From an uncultured Acidimicrobiales bacterium (lineage in GTDB: Bacteria; Actinomycetota; Acidimicrobiia; Acidimicrobiales; UBA10347), in contig CALSSD010000003.1 in assembly GCA_943788915.1 (NCBI GenBank), positions 260,663-324,662 of the forward strand: 64,000 nt of DNA, read 5' to 3'. Shown one piece after another: positions 50,805-59,786 of this stretch. The position numbers and the translations under genes are program-made. A model generated the notes under the pieces. That model was not told the origin of the DNA. It saw nothing but the letters and a program-made list of their open reading frames with translations, and ran no database searches. The stretch's first letter is position 1. Each line of letters opens with the position of its first letter.

Positions 50805-52059
50805 CTTGGACCCTCTTGACATCGTTTCGCTCTGCCATGGCACGAAGGCTGTCGAACGCGTAGATACCGGTGCTATGGCCATCGCTCCACGCAACATTGA
50901 TGGCGTAGTTGCCGACGCTGGTGATCGAACGTGGTGCGACGTCGACGGCGATGGTGGCGGGGTCGAGCAGTGCGCGACCGCTCATTTCCTCGACGCATGC
51001 CGCGCAGCGACAGGCCAGGCGCAGGTCGCGAACGTCGAGGTCGTCTTGACGGCCGTCTTCCCACAGCACGGACAGTGTCGTTCGGTCACGTTGAGCCAGT
51101 CCAACCGGCGTCGTCGGTGAGCCGTCGGGTCGGGCCGCGACCACTGACCAAACCGGTGCGTCGTTGTTGGTGTCCCAGGTCCACAAAAACGAGCCCAGCA
51201 CTGCGGTGGTAAGCCCTTGGAGTTGCGTATCGATCGTGTCGGCAAGGGTGCGGTAGGTTGCCGCAGCAACGGACTCTGGACGTTCGATCACGATAGGTCG
51301 GCCGCCGTCACCGCCAAGAACTATGTCGGCGTCGAGTGGGATGGCACCCAAGAACGCGACGTCGAGGTCGGCGCTCATGTATTTGCCTCCGCCCTGACCG
51401 AACACGTCGGTGTCGGTGTTGCAGTGAGGGCAGGTGAAGGTGCTCATGTTCTCGATGATGCCGATGATGGGCACGTTGACGGTTTCGAACATTCGCAGGC
51501 CACGTCGAGCGATCTTCAGACTGACATCTTGCGGCGTGGTGACAATGACCACGCCGGACAGGCGCAAGCTTTGGGCAAGCGTCAGTTGGGTGTCACCGGT
51601 CCCTGGGGGCAGGTCGAGGATCAAATAATCGAGCTCTCCCCAGCCGACCTGAGCCACCAACATCTGGAGATACTTGGAGACCATGGGGCCGCGCATGATG
51701 GCCGGGTTGTCGTCGTTTCGCAGCAGGCCCATCGAGGCTGCCTTGATGCCATAACGCTCGGGGGGAATCATGCGGCCATCGGCTGTGGCCGAGGGCGGTT
51801 GGTCAACGGGCAGGCCGAGCATGCCCGGGATGCTCGGGCCGAGGATGTCCGCGTCGACCAGACCAACCCGGCTGCCACTCTGAGAGAGCGCTATGGCAAG
51901 GTTCACGGCAACGGTTGATTTCCCGACCCCGCCTTTGCCGCTGGCGACCGCGATGATGTCGCGTATCCCTGGCAGCTTGTTCCCCGAAGATGCAGGCGCT
52001 GACGCAGTCGGCTTCGAGCTCAGTGCGACTGGCTGTGGAGCAGGTGTCTCGGGCGACAT
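50797..52059 (-). CDS. Mrp/ApbC/NBP35 Fe-S carrier ATPase with C-terminal DUF971-like domain
   Basis: ASGKGGVGKST, DLPPGTGD, ENMS..CPHC; tail LRLACRCAAC..VGNYA..WSDGHSTGIY. Confidence 0.9.
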   Translation of the reverse strand: MSPETPAPQPVALSSKPTASAPASSGNKLPGIRDIIAVASGKGGVGKSTVAVNLAIALSQSGSRVGLVDADILGPSIPGMLGLPVDQPPSATADGRMIPPERYGIKAASMGLLRNDDNPAIMRGPMVSKYLQMLVAQVGWGELDYLILDLPPGTGDTQLTLAQSLRLSGVVIVTTPQDVSLKIARRGLRMFETVNVPIIGIIENMSTFTCPHCNTDTDVFGQGGGKYMSADLDVAFLGAIPLDADIVLGGDGGRPIVIERPESVAAATYRTLADTIDTQLQGLTTAVLGSFLWTWDTNNDAPVWSVVAARPDGSPTTPVGLAQRDRTTLSVLWEDGRQDDLDVRDLRLACRCAACVEEMSGRALLDPATIAVDVAPRSITSVGNYAINVAWSDGHSTGIYAFDSLRAMAERNDVKRVQDV

Positions 52060-52063
52060 AGAT

Positions 52064-52327
52064 TTATTCGATCTCGATGAAGATGCACTCGCCTGGGCAT
52101 TCTTCGGCTGATTCGATGACGCTTTCGAGTCCGCCCTCGGGGATGCGAGCCATACCGGCTGCTCCGGCCGGGTTGGCAGTTCCGTCGAAGAGCTTCTCGG
52201 CACCGAAGTTTTCGACCGACTCCTTGACGTAGAAGAGGCCGTCGTCCATTCCGAAGAACACCTCGGGTGCGATCTCCTCGCAGAGGCCATCGCCGGTGCA
52301 GAGGTCTTGGTCGATCCATACTTTCAT
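52064..52327 (-). CDS. Monocluster ferredoxin
   Basis: MKVWIDQDLCTGDGLCEEIAP...CPGECI. Confidence 0.93.
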   Translation of the reverse strand: MKVWIDQDLCTGDGLCEEIAPEVFFGMDDGLFYVKESVENFGAEKLFDGTANPAGAAGMARIPEGGLESVIESAEECPGECIFIEIE

Positions 52328-52477
52328 GGAGTTAGTCCTTTCGTTTTGCAGCCTGGGTGCGTGGGGGTGGTCGACACGGGACGGTTGCGTTCGCAACAAT
52401 CGTGTCGATCCCGAATCGAGCCCAGATTTCGTCAGGTTTGGTGAGTCGAACCTTGGTCCGGTTGCCACAGTAACAGA

Positions 52478-52505
52478 AGTTACGCAAGTTTAATCTTGCG
52501 TAACT
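52478..52505. promoter_or_regulatory. Perfect 11-6-11 inverted repeat, probable operator
   Basis: AGTTACGCAAG-TTTAAT-CTTGCGTAACT between divergent ferredoxin and regulator. Confidence 0.75.
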
Positions 52506-52539
52506 GCGAAAGTTCTGTGACATCGACTACCGTGCCAAC

Positions 52540-53175
52540 ATGCACCCGTCGACTGGACAAATCTCGCCGGTACAACGGCGCGTCCTAGTGGTCCTCAAGC
52601 GGCTGGGCGAGGCCACCGCAGACGACCTCGCCAAAACACTCGAAATCTCCGCCAGCGCGGTTCGCCAACACCTCAGCGCACTCCGATCGGCTGGCTATAT
52701 CGATGCCGAGCAACAACGCGGTCAGCCCGGACGACCCGCCGATCGGTTCCACACCACCGAGCTGACCGAGGCGATGTTTGTCAAGGACACAAGCAATCTG
52801 TCGATCGAGCTGCTCTCCCATATGGAAGAGGAAGACTCTGGACTCGTCACCCGCGTCTTCGAACGCAGACGCCAACGGCGCGTCGCCGAGACGGCCGACA
52901 AGCTCGCCGGCAAGACTCTCGGCGAGAAGGTCGCGGTGCTGACTGCCGAACTTGATGCCGAGGGCTATCTCGCCGATTTCGACCAGATCGACACGACCCA
53001 CTTTCGAATCAACCTGCACAGCTGCGCCATGTGGGCCGTTGCCAGCCGCTACGGCCAAGCCTGCGCGACGGAACTCGACTACCTACGTGAGCTTCTTCCC
53101 GAAGCCACCATCGAGCGCATCACCCACAAGACCGCTGGCGCTCACGTCTGCGCGTATCAGGTCAGCAGCACCTGA
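52540..53175 (+). CDS. SufR-like HTH regulator (COG2345 type)
   Basis: ISASAVRQHLSAL, GRP, C-terminal HSCAM...AC..EL...HVC. Confidence 0.8.
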   Translation: MHPSTGQISPVQRRVLVVLKRLGEATADDLAKTLEISASAVRQHLSALRSAGYIDAEQQRGQPGRPADRFHTTELTEAMFVKDTSNLSIELLSHMEEEDSGLVTRVFERRRQRRVAETADKLAGKTLGEKVAVLTAELDAEGYLADFDQIDTTHFRINLHSCAMWAVASRYGQACATELDYLRELLPEATIERITHKTAGAHVCAYQVSST

Positions 53176-53193
53176 CCGGCGGCGCTGGCTAGC

Positions 53194-54804
53194 TCAAGAG
53201 AAATCGCGCTCGGCGTGGTCGCGGAGTTCGACCTTGCGGATCTTGCCAGTAGCAGTCAGGGGGAGCTCGTCGACAACCTTGATGTGGCGCGGGAGTTTGA
53301 AGCTGGCAACCTTGCCTTTCAGATGCTCGAGTAGTTCGTCGGTATCGAGGGTGACCGATGGATCGCGCAGCACATAGGCCACGGGCACCTCGCCCAGCCG
53401 TTCATCGGCAAGGCCAACAACCGCGGCGTCATTCACACCTGGCAACTCGCGTAGCCGACCTTCCATCTCGGCGGGTGCGACGTTCTCGCCGCCGACTTTG
53501 AGCATGTCTTTGAGACGGCCAATGAACACCACATGCCCATCAGGACGCATCCTGGCGAGATCGCCCGAATGCAGCCACCCGTCGGCGTCGATTGTTTCAG
53601 CGGTGGCCTCGGGTTTGTTGTAGTACCCAAGCATCGTGGTGTAGCTGCGACAGAGGAGCTCGCCGGGCTCGCCGGCCGCAACCTCGTCGCCTGTGTCAGG
53701 ATCAACAATCTTGAGCTCGACGTCGGTCATTGGATAACCGGATGCCTCGGTCCGTTGCTCGACAGTATTCGTCGCATGGCCGACCACACACGCAGTCCAC
53801 ACTTCGCTCATACCCCAACCAGACACCGTGGTGATGAGCTCAGCCTGCACTTGACGGGCGACAGGAATGCTGGACTCTTGCCCGCACGCCAGCGTGCCCA
53901 TTCGCAGTTTCAGGTCTCGGGGGTTACTGCTGTTCGCTCGGAGGAAGTCGCCCCAGTGGGTATCGAAACCATGCAGAAGCGTGATGCCTTCGACGACAGC
54001 TGCGTCGAGGATCTCATTCGCGTCGAACGTCTCGAAGAGCACGATCTTGCTTCCCGTAAGTACCCCAAAGAGCGCTACTTCGGTGAAGCCAAACGCATGA
54101 AACAGCGGCAGATACCCAGCGTGCACGTCGGCCGAGGTAACGCCGTGCATCTGCGCCCGCTCGGCGACATTGCGGATGACTGCATGGTTGTGCACGGCGC
54201 CCTTGGGAAGGCTCGTCGTACCCGACGTGTAGATGATAATCGCCGGGTCGCTGGCATGGACCGCGCCGGCTCGCTCGGCGAGTGTCTCGTCGGTTACTGC
54301 AGCGCCAGCGGCGAGCATGGTCGCCCATGATGTGGACCCCGTACTGGTGTCGCCGCCGAGCACAATCTTGCGCGTGATCTTGGGCCAGAGGTCAGCAACT
54401 TCGTTGATCATCGCGGCGTAATCGACGGGGCCGGAGCGATCGCAGAAGATAATCGTCGAGCTGTCGGATTGGTCGACGGTGTACTGCACATCTTCGGAGC
54501 GGTAGCGGGTATTGAGCGGCACGGTCACGGCCCCGATTGCGGGAATTGCATACATCAAGAACAGCCACTCGGGCCGATTCGTCATCCACACGGCGACCTT
54601 GTCGCCCGACTCGACACCGATCGCGATCAAGCCTTTTGCAACACGATCGACCTCGTCGGCGAAGGCAGCGTGTGTCCAACGCCGGGCGCCAAACACCAGC
54701 GCCTCGTGATCCGGCCACAATCGAGCGGCCCGACGAGGTAAGTCACCAATGGTTTTTGGTTGATACGCCTGCACGTTGCCCTCCCCAGACTGACTGCTAA
54801 CCAT
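53194..54804 (-). CDS. Acyl-CoA synthetase (AMP-binding)
   Basis: YTSGTTSLPKG, GWGMSE, WLHSGD, GRLKD, TGKI. Confidence 0.92.
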   Translation of the reverse strand: MVSSQSGEGNVQAYQPKTIGDLPRRAARLWPDHEALVFGARRWTHAAFADEVDRVAKGLIAIGVESGDKVAVWMTNRPEWLFLMYAIPAIGAVTVPLNTRYRSEDVQYTVDQSDSSTIIFCDRSGPVDYAAMINEVADLWPKITRKIVLGGDTSTGSTSWATMLAAGAAVTDETLAERAGAVHASDPAIIIYTSGTTSLPKGAVHNHAVIRNVAERAQMHGVTSADVHAGYLPLFHAFGFTEVALFGVLTGSKIVLFETFDANEILDAAVVEGITLLHGFDTHWGDFLRANSSNPRDLKLRMGTLACGQESSIPVARQVQAELITTVSGWGMSEVWTACVVGHATNTVEQRTEASGYPMTDVELKIVDPDTGDEVAAGEPGELLCRSYTTMLGYYNKPEATAETIDADGWLHSGDLARMRPDGHVVFIGRLKDMLKVGGENVAPAEMEGRLRELPGVNDAAVVGLADERLGEVPVAYVLRDPSVTLDTDELLEHLKGKVASFKLPRHIKVVDELPLTATGKIRKVELRDHAERDFS

Positions 54805-55088
54805 GCGTTACACACCAGTATCTCGCATGGCCCCTAGCGCCGCCATTACACAAGGCCGGACTCGCGCGGCAGCCGAGCACTTCTCAGGCAGTAGCTAGGA
54901 CGTGCCGCAGAGCCGAAGCGAGATCTCAAGCCCATGCACATCGCTGGTCGAAATCGAGCGACTGCTCGACAACCCCAAATAATCACGAACGTGCCAGCCT
55001 GCGGCGACACTGGATGTGGACTCGTCAGAACAACCAGGTGTGTTCATGGGCAGTCAGCTGTGATCGTTAGCCTTCGATTCTGGTCGCG

Positions 55089-56198
55089 TCAAAGGTTGAC
55101 GCACCGTCGGCAGTTCCGAAGGTTCCCAGATCGACCACCGCATCGATCTGACGGCATACTCCTGCGCATTGTCACGGTAAAAACAATGCTCGGAGTTGCC
55201 TCGACAAACGACGTCCACGGCGGCGTGAACTCGGCGATAGCAACCTCGGGCACTCGGTCCACCGGCACGTCAAGTGTCTCAGCATCGTAGTAGTGCAGGT
55301 CGCAGACACCATTGCGAGAACAGACGCGGTCGCCGGCTTCGATCCAGTCGAGCGAGAGCACCTGCTCGCTGGCCACTGCCGTCTCGAACGAGGCCTGGAA
55401 GCGGATCGTCGGCGAGGACAACGTCGTCGTAATGGCGCCGCCGTCGACACTGTGCTGCACGCCGCTCGGCAGGTTCAGGATGGTTGCCGGATCGAAGTCG
55501 ACCTGCTCGGTCATCGTCTCGATGACCAACATGTGTGGCGGCCGCCCGGAGCCATCGTCGGTGTACACCGTCCACTGGGCTCGCATCCCCCCGGCCGGGG
55601 ACCCGGCTTGGAAGACCGACAAGGTGAGATAGTGCGCCGCCCCGCCGCCGTCGAACAGCGCGATCGGGGCCAGCTCTCGCCCAGGTGGGAGGTTGAGCGA
55701 CGCTTCGAGTCCGTCGGGGTCCGTGATCTCGAAGTGGTGGAAGGTGGCCGGCGTCTCATTGCCAAGGCGCATGCGAACAAAAGGATCACCCTCGCCCACG
55801 AAGAGCTGCTTGACAGCCGAGCGCATCAGCCCGTCCTGGCGGCCGTTGGCAGTGAAGCCCACGAGGCCTGCCAGCCACTCGGGGGTGATGTCGAGAAAAT
55901 TCGAGTCAAGATTCGCCATGGGCGAGGCGACATATTCCAGGTTGTTGACGTAGTAGATAGCGTCGTTGACCTCGGGCTCCAGGTACTGCCACCAGCGGGT
56001 CTCATCGGTGAAGCTCAGCTGCTCGACATCAACCAGTTCGTGGGTCAGTGGCTCGGCGGGTGTCAACAGGCCAGCGGAATCGGCGGACACTTCTTCGGCG
56101 AGCACGTCGACGACCATGAGGATTATGGCTCCAGTGCCGTTTACGACTGGCCCAACCACGACAGATGCGCGCGTATTCGGCCGAGCCTTCAAGGTCAT
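55089..56198 (-). pseudogene. Hypothetical protein remnant, internally repeated, frameshift near 55180
   Basis: Protein-like core but weak N-terminus; adding one T in a T5 run gives SIVFYRDNAQEYAV, echoing the upstream DAIYYVNNLEYVA. Confidence 0.5.
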
Positions 56199-56494
56199 CC
56201 GTTTCTGACAGAAGCAGGGATGTCACGGTGTGCATGAAGGATGCGCCACCGGTGGAGCGACCTCCACGAAGTGGCGGCACCACAGGTTCGCCCCACAGCG
56301 GCGACTATCTCGTCCACGACCAAGTGCTCGCAGCGGTGCGTCCCGCGAAGTCGACGGCAATGCTCGCGCCCGATCTTCCCCATCCGAAGTATTCCGCGGT
56401 TAGACGGCCGCTGCTAGATACGGGCCACCGGGTTCAATTCCGGCCGTGGGCGCCAGTCAGATCCTTCACAGCCGTTCCGCACTGTTTCCTATCT

Positions 56495-57316
56495 TCAGCC
56501 GATCTGGCTTCGCACACCGACACCAAGCGAGGTCACTGCGAATACGCCCACGGCCACCAGAACGATTGTGGCGCCAGAAGGGGTGTCCGCGTAATAGGAC
56601 GCTGCGACGCCCGAAAGCGACACGGCCGCACCGAGAACCATCCCCAACAGATAGGTGGACCGGAAACTGCGGGCGAGAAGTTGAGCTGTCGCAACAGGTA
56701 TGACCATGAGAGCGCTGACCAACAGGACACCGACGACACGCATGGCGATCACCACAGTGAAAGCAGTGAACACTGCCAGGGTCAGGTTGAGAGCAAGCAC
56801 CGGCAGTCCGCTGACGGCAGCGAAGTCCTCGTCGTCACCGACGGCGAAGAACGCCGGCCCGACGGCGGCGGTAACCGCCACCACAACTGCGGCAAGAACA
56901 CCGAACGTGATCAGGTCTGCGTTGGTGGTCGAGGTAATGCTGCCAAACAAATACTGATTGAGCGAGCGCCCGCCTGCCGGAGCCCGGCTGACAAGAACCA
57001 CACCACCAGCAATGCCGCCATAGAACAGCATGGCCAGCGCAATATCTGCGATCTCTGTGCGGCGAGCACGAATGAGTTCGAGTACGACTGCTCCCACTAC
57101 GGCAGTGACGAGAGCGACGATCACGGGTGCCCGGTCGAGTACCAGGCCAAGTCCGACACCCGTGACGGCCACATGCCCTAGCCCATCGCCGATCAGAGCC
57201 AGTCGTCGCTGAACCAGGAAGACCCCAACAGCTGGCGCACTGACCCCAACGAGCAGCGCAGCGACCACAGCGCGACGCATGAAGCCATAGTCAAGGAATT
57301 CGAGCGCAGCAGTCAC
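56495..57316 (-). CDS. znuB: Zn/Mn ABC permease
   Basis: LALIGDGLGH, YLFGSI, VGVLLVSALMVIP, PSGATIV. Confidence 0.88.
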   Translation of the reverse strand: MTAALEFLDYGFMRRAVVAALLVGVSAPAVGVFLVQRRLALIGDGLGHVAVTGVGLGLVLDRAPVIVALVTAVVGAVVLELIRARRTEIADIALAMLFYGGIAGGVVLVSRAPAGGRSLNQYLFGSITSTTNADLITFGVLAAVVVAVTAAVGPAFFAVGDDEDFAAVSGLPVLALNLTLAVFTAFTVVIAMRVVGVLLVSALMVIPVATAQLLARSFRSTYLLGMVLGAAVSLSGVAASYYADTPSGATIVLVAVGVFAVTSLGVGVRSQIG

Positions 57317-58083
57317 CGGGGAACCAGTCCGAACGTTCGGGGAACGTGCTTGTCGGTCTGACCGCAGTGGGGGTCGTGGTCCCCCAACCCCGCCAGCGCC
57401 GTGGGACGCTGCGCTGGTTCGCCGTCGAAGACGACGACTCCCCTCACCAGGTGAACCACCCGAGTCACGACCCCCGCCAGCGGGCCGAGTTCGTGCAGCA
57501 CGATCAACAGGGTGACTCCACGATCTGCCAAGTCGCGAAATACGACAGTCAGCGCTTCTTGGCTCTGGCTGTCGACACCGGAGAAGGGTTCATCGAGAAC
57601 CAGGACGGTCGGTTGACCTGCAAGCGCTCGCGCCACCAGGGCGCGGCGCTGCTGACCCCCCGACAGTTCCCGCACCAGCGTTTGGTGCTCACTCTCAAGC
57701 CCGACCGCACAGATCGCTTCGGCGACAGCACGCCGGTCTGATAAACGATAACGGCCCGGTATTCCGCCGCGGACCAGGCGACCGGTGCGCACCAGTTCCT
57801 CGACCGTCGATGGGATAGGTGAGGTCGCTGGCTGGCGCTGCGGTACGTAGCCGACAATCGATCGACGCTCGAGTCGGTCAAAGGGTTTGCCGAACCACTC
57901 AACCTCACCGCCATAACAATCAATCAGACCGAGCGCTCCCTTTATCAGCGTCGATTTGCCCGAACCGTTGGATCCGATCAGCGCGATAACTTCGCCCGCG
58001 TCGGCTCGAAGGTCGGCGCGGGCTGCTACGACGCTGCGGTAACCGAAGCCGGCATCGACCAGTCGAAGAACCGGAGGGCTCAT
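57313..58083 (-). CDS. znuC: Zn/Mn ABC ATPase
   Basis: GSNGSGKST, GYVPQ, LSGGQQRR, LDEP. Confidence 0.88.
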   Translation of the reverse strand: MSPPVLRLVDAGFGYRSVVAARADLRADAGEVIALIGSNGSGKSTLIKGALGLIDCYGGEVEWFGKPFDRLERRSIVGYVPQRQPATSPIPSTVEELVRTGRLVRGGIPGRYRLSDRRAVAEAICAVGLESEHQTLVRELSGGQQRRALVARALAGQPTVLVLDEPFSGVDSQSQEALTVVFRDLADRGVTLLIVLHELGPLAGVVTRVVHLVRGVVVFDGEPAQRPTALAGLGDHDPHCGQTDKHVPRTFGLVPR

Positions 58084-59190
58084 GCACATTCCAAACCGCT
58101 ACGCAGAGCTGCCAGGTTCGATCGCATCACCTGGAAGTAATCGTCGCCGTCCGCCGTTTCGCTCAAGGTTTCGAGCGGATCGAGCACGTCGGTCGCCGCG
58201 CCGGTTTCGTTGGCGACCGCCTGCGCCACGCCAGGATCGACCAGGCTTTCGTAGTAGATCACGCCCACCTGATTGTCTTGCACGAAATCTGCCACAACGG
58301 CGAGCCGCCCTGCCGAGGGTTCCTGATCTGGCGACAATCCCGCTATGCCAACCTGGTTCAGTCCATAACGGTTGGCCAGATAACCAAACGAGCGGTGGGC
58401 CGTGACCAAATCGACTCGGGCACAGTCGGCCAGCCCCTGCTGGAAGTCGTCGTCGAGATCCTCAAGTTGCACACGCAACGAAGCCGCATTCTGCTGGAAC
58501 GACTCGGCATTATCTGGATCAAGTTCGGCAAAGCGAACCGCCGTTGCATCAGCAACATCGGCAAGTCGCATCGGGTCGAGCCAAAAGTGCGGATCGATGC
58601 CACCATGGCTCGTGATGCTCTTCGTCATGACCCTCTTCGTCATGACCCTCTTCGTCATGACCCTCTTCGTCATGACCCTCTTCGTCATGACCCTCTTCGT
58701 CATGACCCTCTTCGTCATGACCCTCTTCGTCATGACCCTCTTCGTCATGACCCTCTTCGTCATGACCCTCTTCGTGGTTGAGGCGGGCAGACGACGCCAC
58801 ATCAAACACCTGCTCAGAAGCGAGTGGTTGAATCGCCTGGTCGAGGGCGGCAGCGAAACCGGCCAGGTACACGATCAGATCTGCTTCTTGCAGCATCACA
58901 ACGTCGCGCGGCGAGAGCTCGAGGTCGTGTGAATCGGCACCCGGCGGCGTGAGGTCTCTGACCGTGACATGTTCGCCACCTACCTGCTCGGCCACGAACA
59001 CAAGCGGATAGAACGCAGCAACGACGTCTCGCTGCTCCGACGCCTCACCCCGCTCAACTGCAACATCCCCACTACCGCTGTTGCCGCCGCAACTCGCTAC
59101 GACCAGCACGAGCGAAGCCACCATTAAGGCGAGGGTCCGTCTGCCGGTGGCGGAACCTGAGTCTGAGGGAAGCTGTTTACTTGTGATCAC
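58080..59190 (-). pseudogene. znuA: Zn ABC substrate-binding lipoprotein, frameshifted near 58608
   Basis: Lipobox VASC and PPGADSHDLE in one frame; DPHFWLDP, TAHRSFGY, LDPLE in another; possibly a sequencing error. Confidence 0.85.
58621..58770. repeat. Perfect 15-bp tandem repeat x10 encoding (GHDEE)
   Basis: TTCGTCATGACCCTC repeated ten times. Confidence 0.97.
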
Positions 59191-59206
59191 GGTTGGCGAC
59201 CATATC

Positions 59207-59252
59207 AGGAATAGTTCTTATTCCTATCAATTTCGGAATGACTCCTGTTCCT
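59207..59252. promoter_or_regulatory. Two putative Fur/Zur-family operators
   Basis: AGGAATA-GTTCT-TATTCCT (59207-59225) and degenerate CGGAATG-ACTCC-TGTTCCT (59234-59252). Confidence 0.6.
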
Positions 59253-59278
59253 GATTCTCCAGTACTAGCATTCTTTCA

Positions 59279-59734
59279 ATGAGCCCCGAGTCGGAAGCCC
59301 AAACCGAGGCAGTGCATGAGTTTGCTGGACGCCGCCTGCGCGACGCCGAGCAGATGTACACGAAGGGGCGGCGCGAGCTCGTCCTGCTTCTGCACGGATA
59401 CGGCCGCCCCGCCACGATTCCTGACCTACTCGACCGTGGTGCCACGTTGACGCAGAGTTCGATGTATCGAAACATGGTGGACCTCGAAGCCGTCGGCGTG
59501 GTGCAGAAGGTTGCGGGCGCCGACGATCGCGCCCGCTACGAGTTGGCCGAAGAGCTCATCGGCCATCATCACCACCTGATCTGCACCCAGTGCGGTTCAG
59601 TCGACGACTTCGTCGTGCCGGCAAGCGTCGAACAGAGCCTCGACAGCGGCTTGGACAAGGTCCTCGTCGACCGGGGGTTCCAGATCAACGGCCACCGCCT
59701 GGACATCCTTGGGATCTGCGCCGAATGCGCGTGA
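59279..59734 (+). CDS. zur: Fur-family regulator, probably Zur
   Basis: SSMYRNM, HHHHLICTQCG, GICAEC; divergent from znuA. Confidence 0.8.
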   Translation: MSPESEAQTEAVHEFAGRRLRDAEQMYTKGRRELVLLLHGYGRPATIPDLLDRGATLTQSSMYRNMVDLEAVGVVQKVAGADDRARYELAEELIGHHHHLICTQCGSVDDFVVPASVEQSLDSGLDKVLVDRGFQINGHRLDILGICAECA

Positions 59735-59786
59735 CATGGCAACCAGCGAACGCCCGTGCTTTCCCTGAGACCGAGCCGACTAGCCC

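Larger units (their letters stand above)
48931..56455. mobile_element. Putative decayed genomic island bounded by a tRNA-Arg 3'-end duplication
   Basis: GGTTCGATTCCGGCCGTGGGC (48931-48951) vs GGTTCAATTCCGGCCGTGGGC-GCCA (56431-56455), 20/21 identical. No integrase seen. Confidence 0.65.

Noticed and set aside
56400..56455. Second tRNA gene
   Set aside because: Only the T loop and acceptor 3' strand are present; no D or anticodon arm.
56165..57181. 338-aa plus-strand ORF as the island integrase
   Set aside because: Mostly antisense to znuB; no tyrosine or serine recombinase motifs.
58621..58770. Alternative readings (KRVMT)n, (HDPLR)n, (VMTLF)n as proteins, or an array
   Set aside because: These are other frames of the ZnuA GHDEE loop; no spacers.
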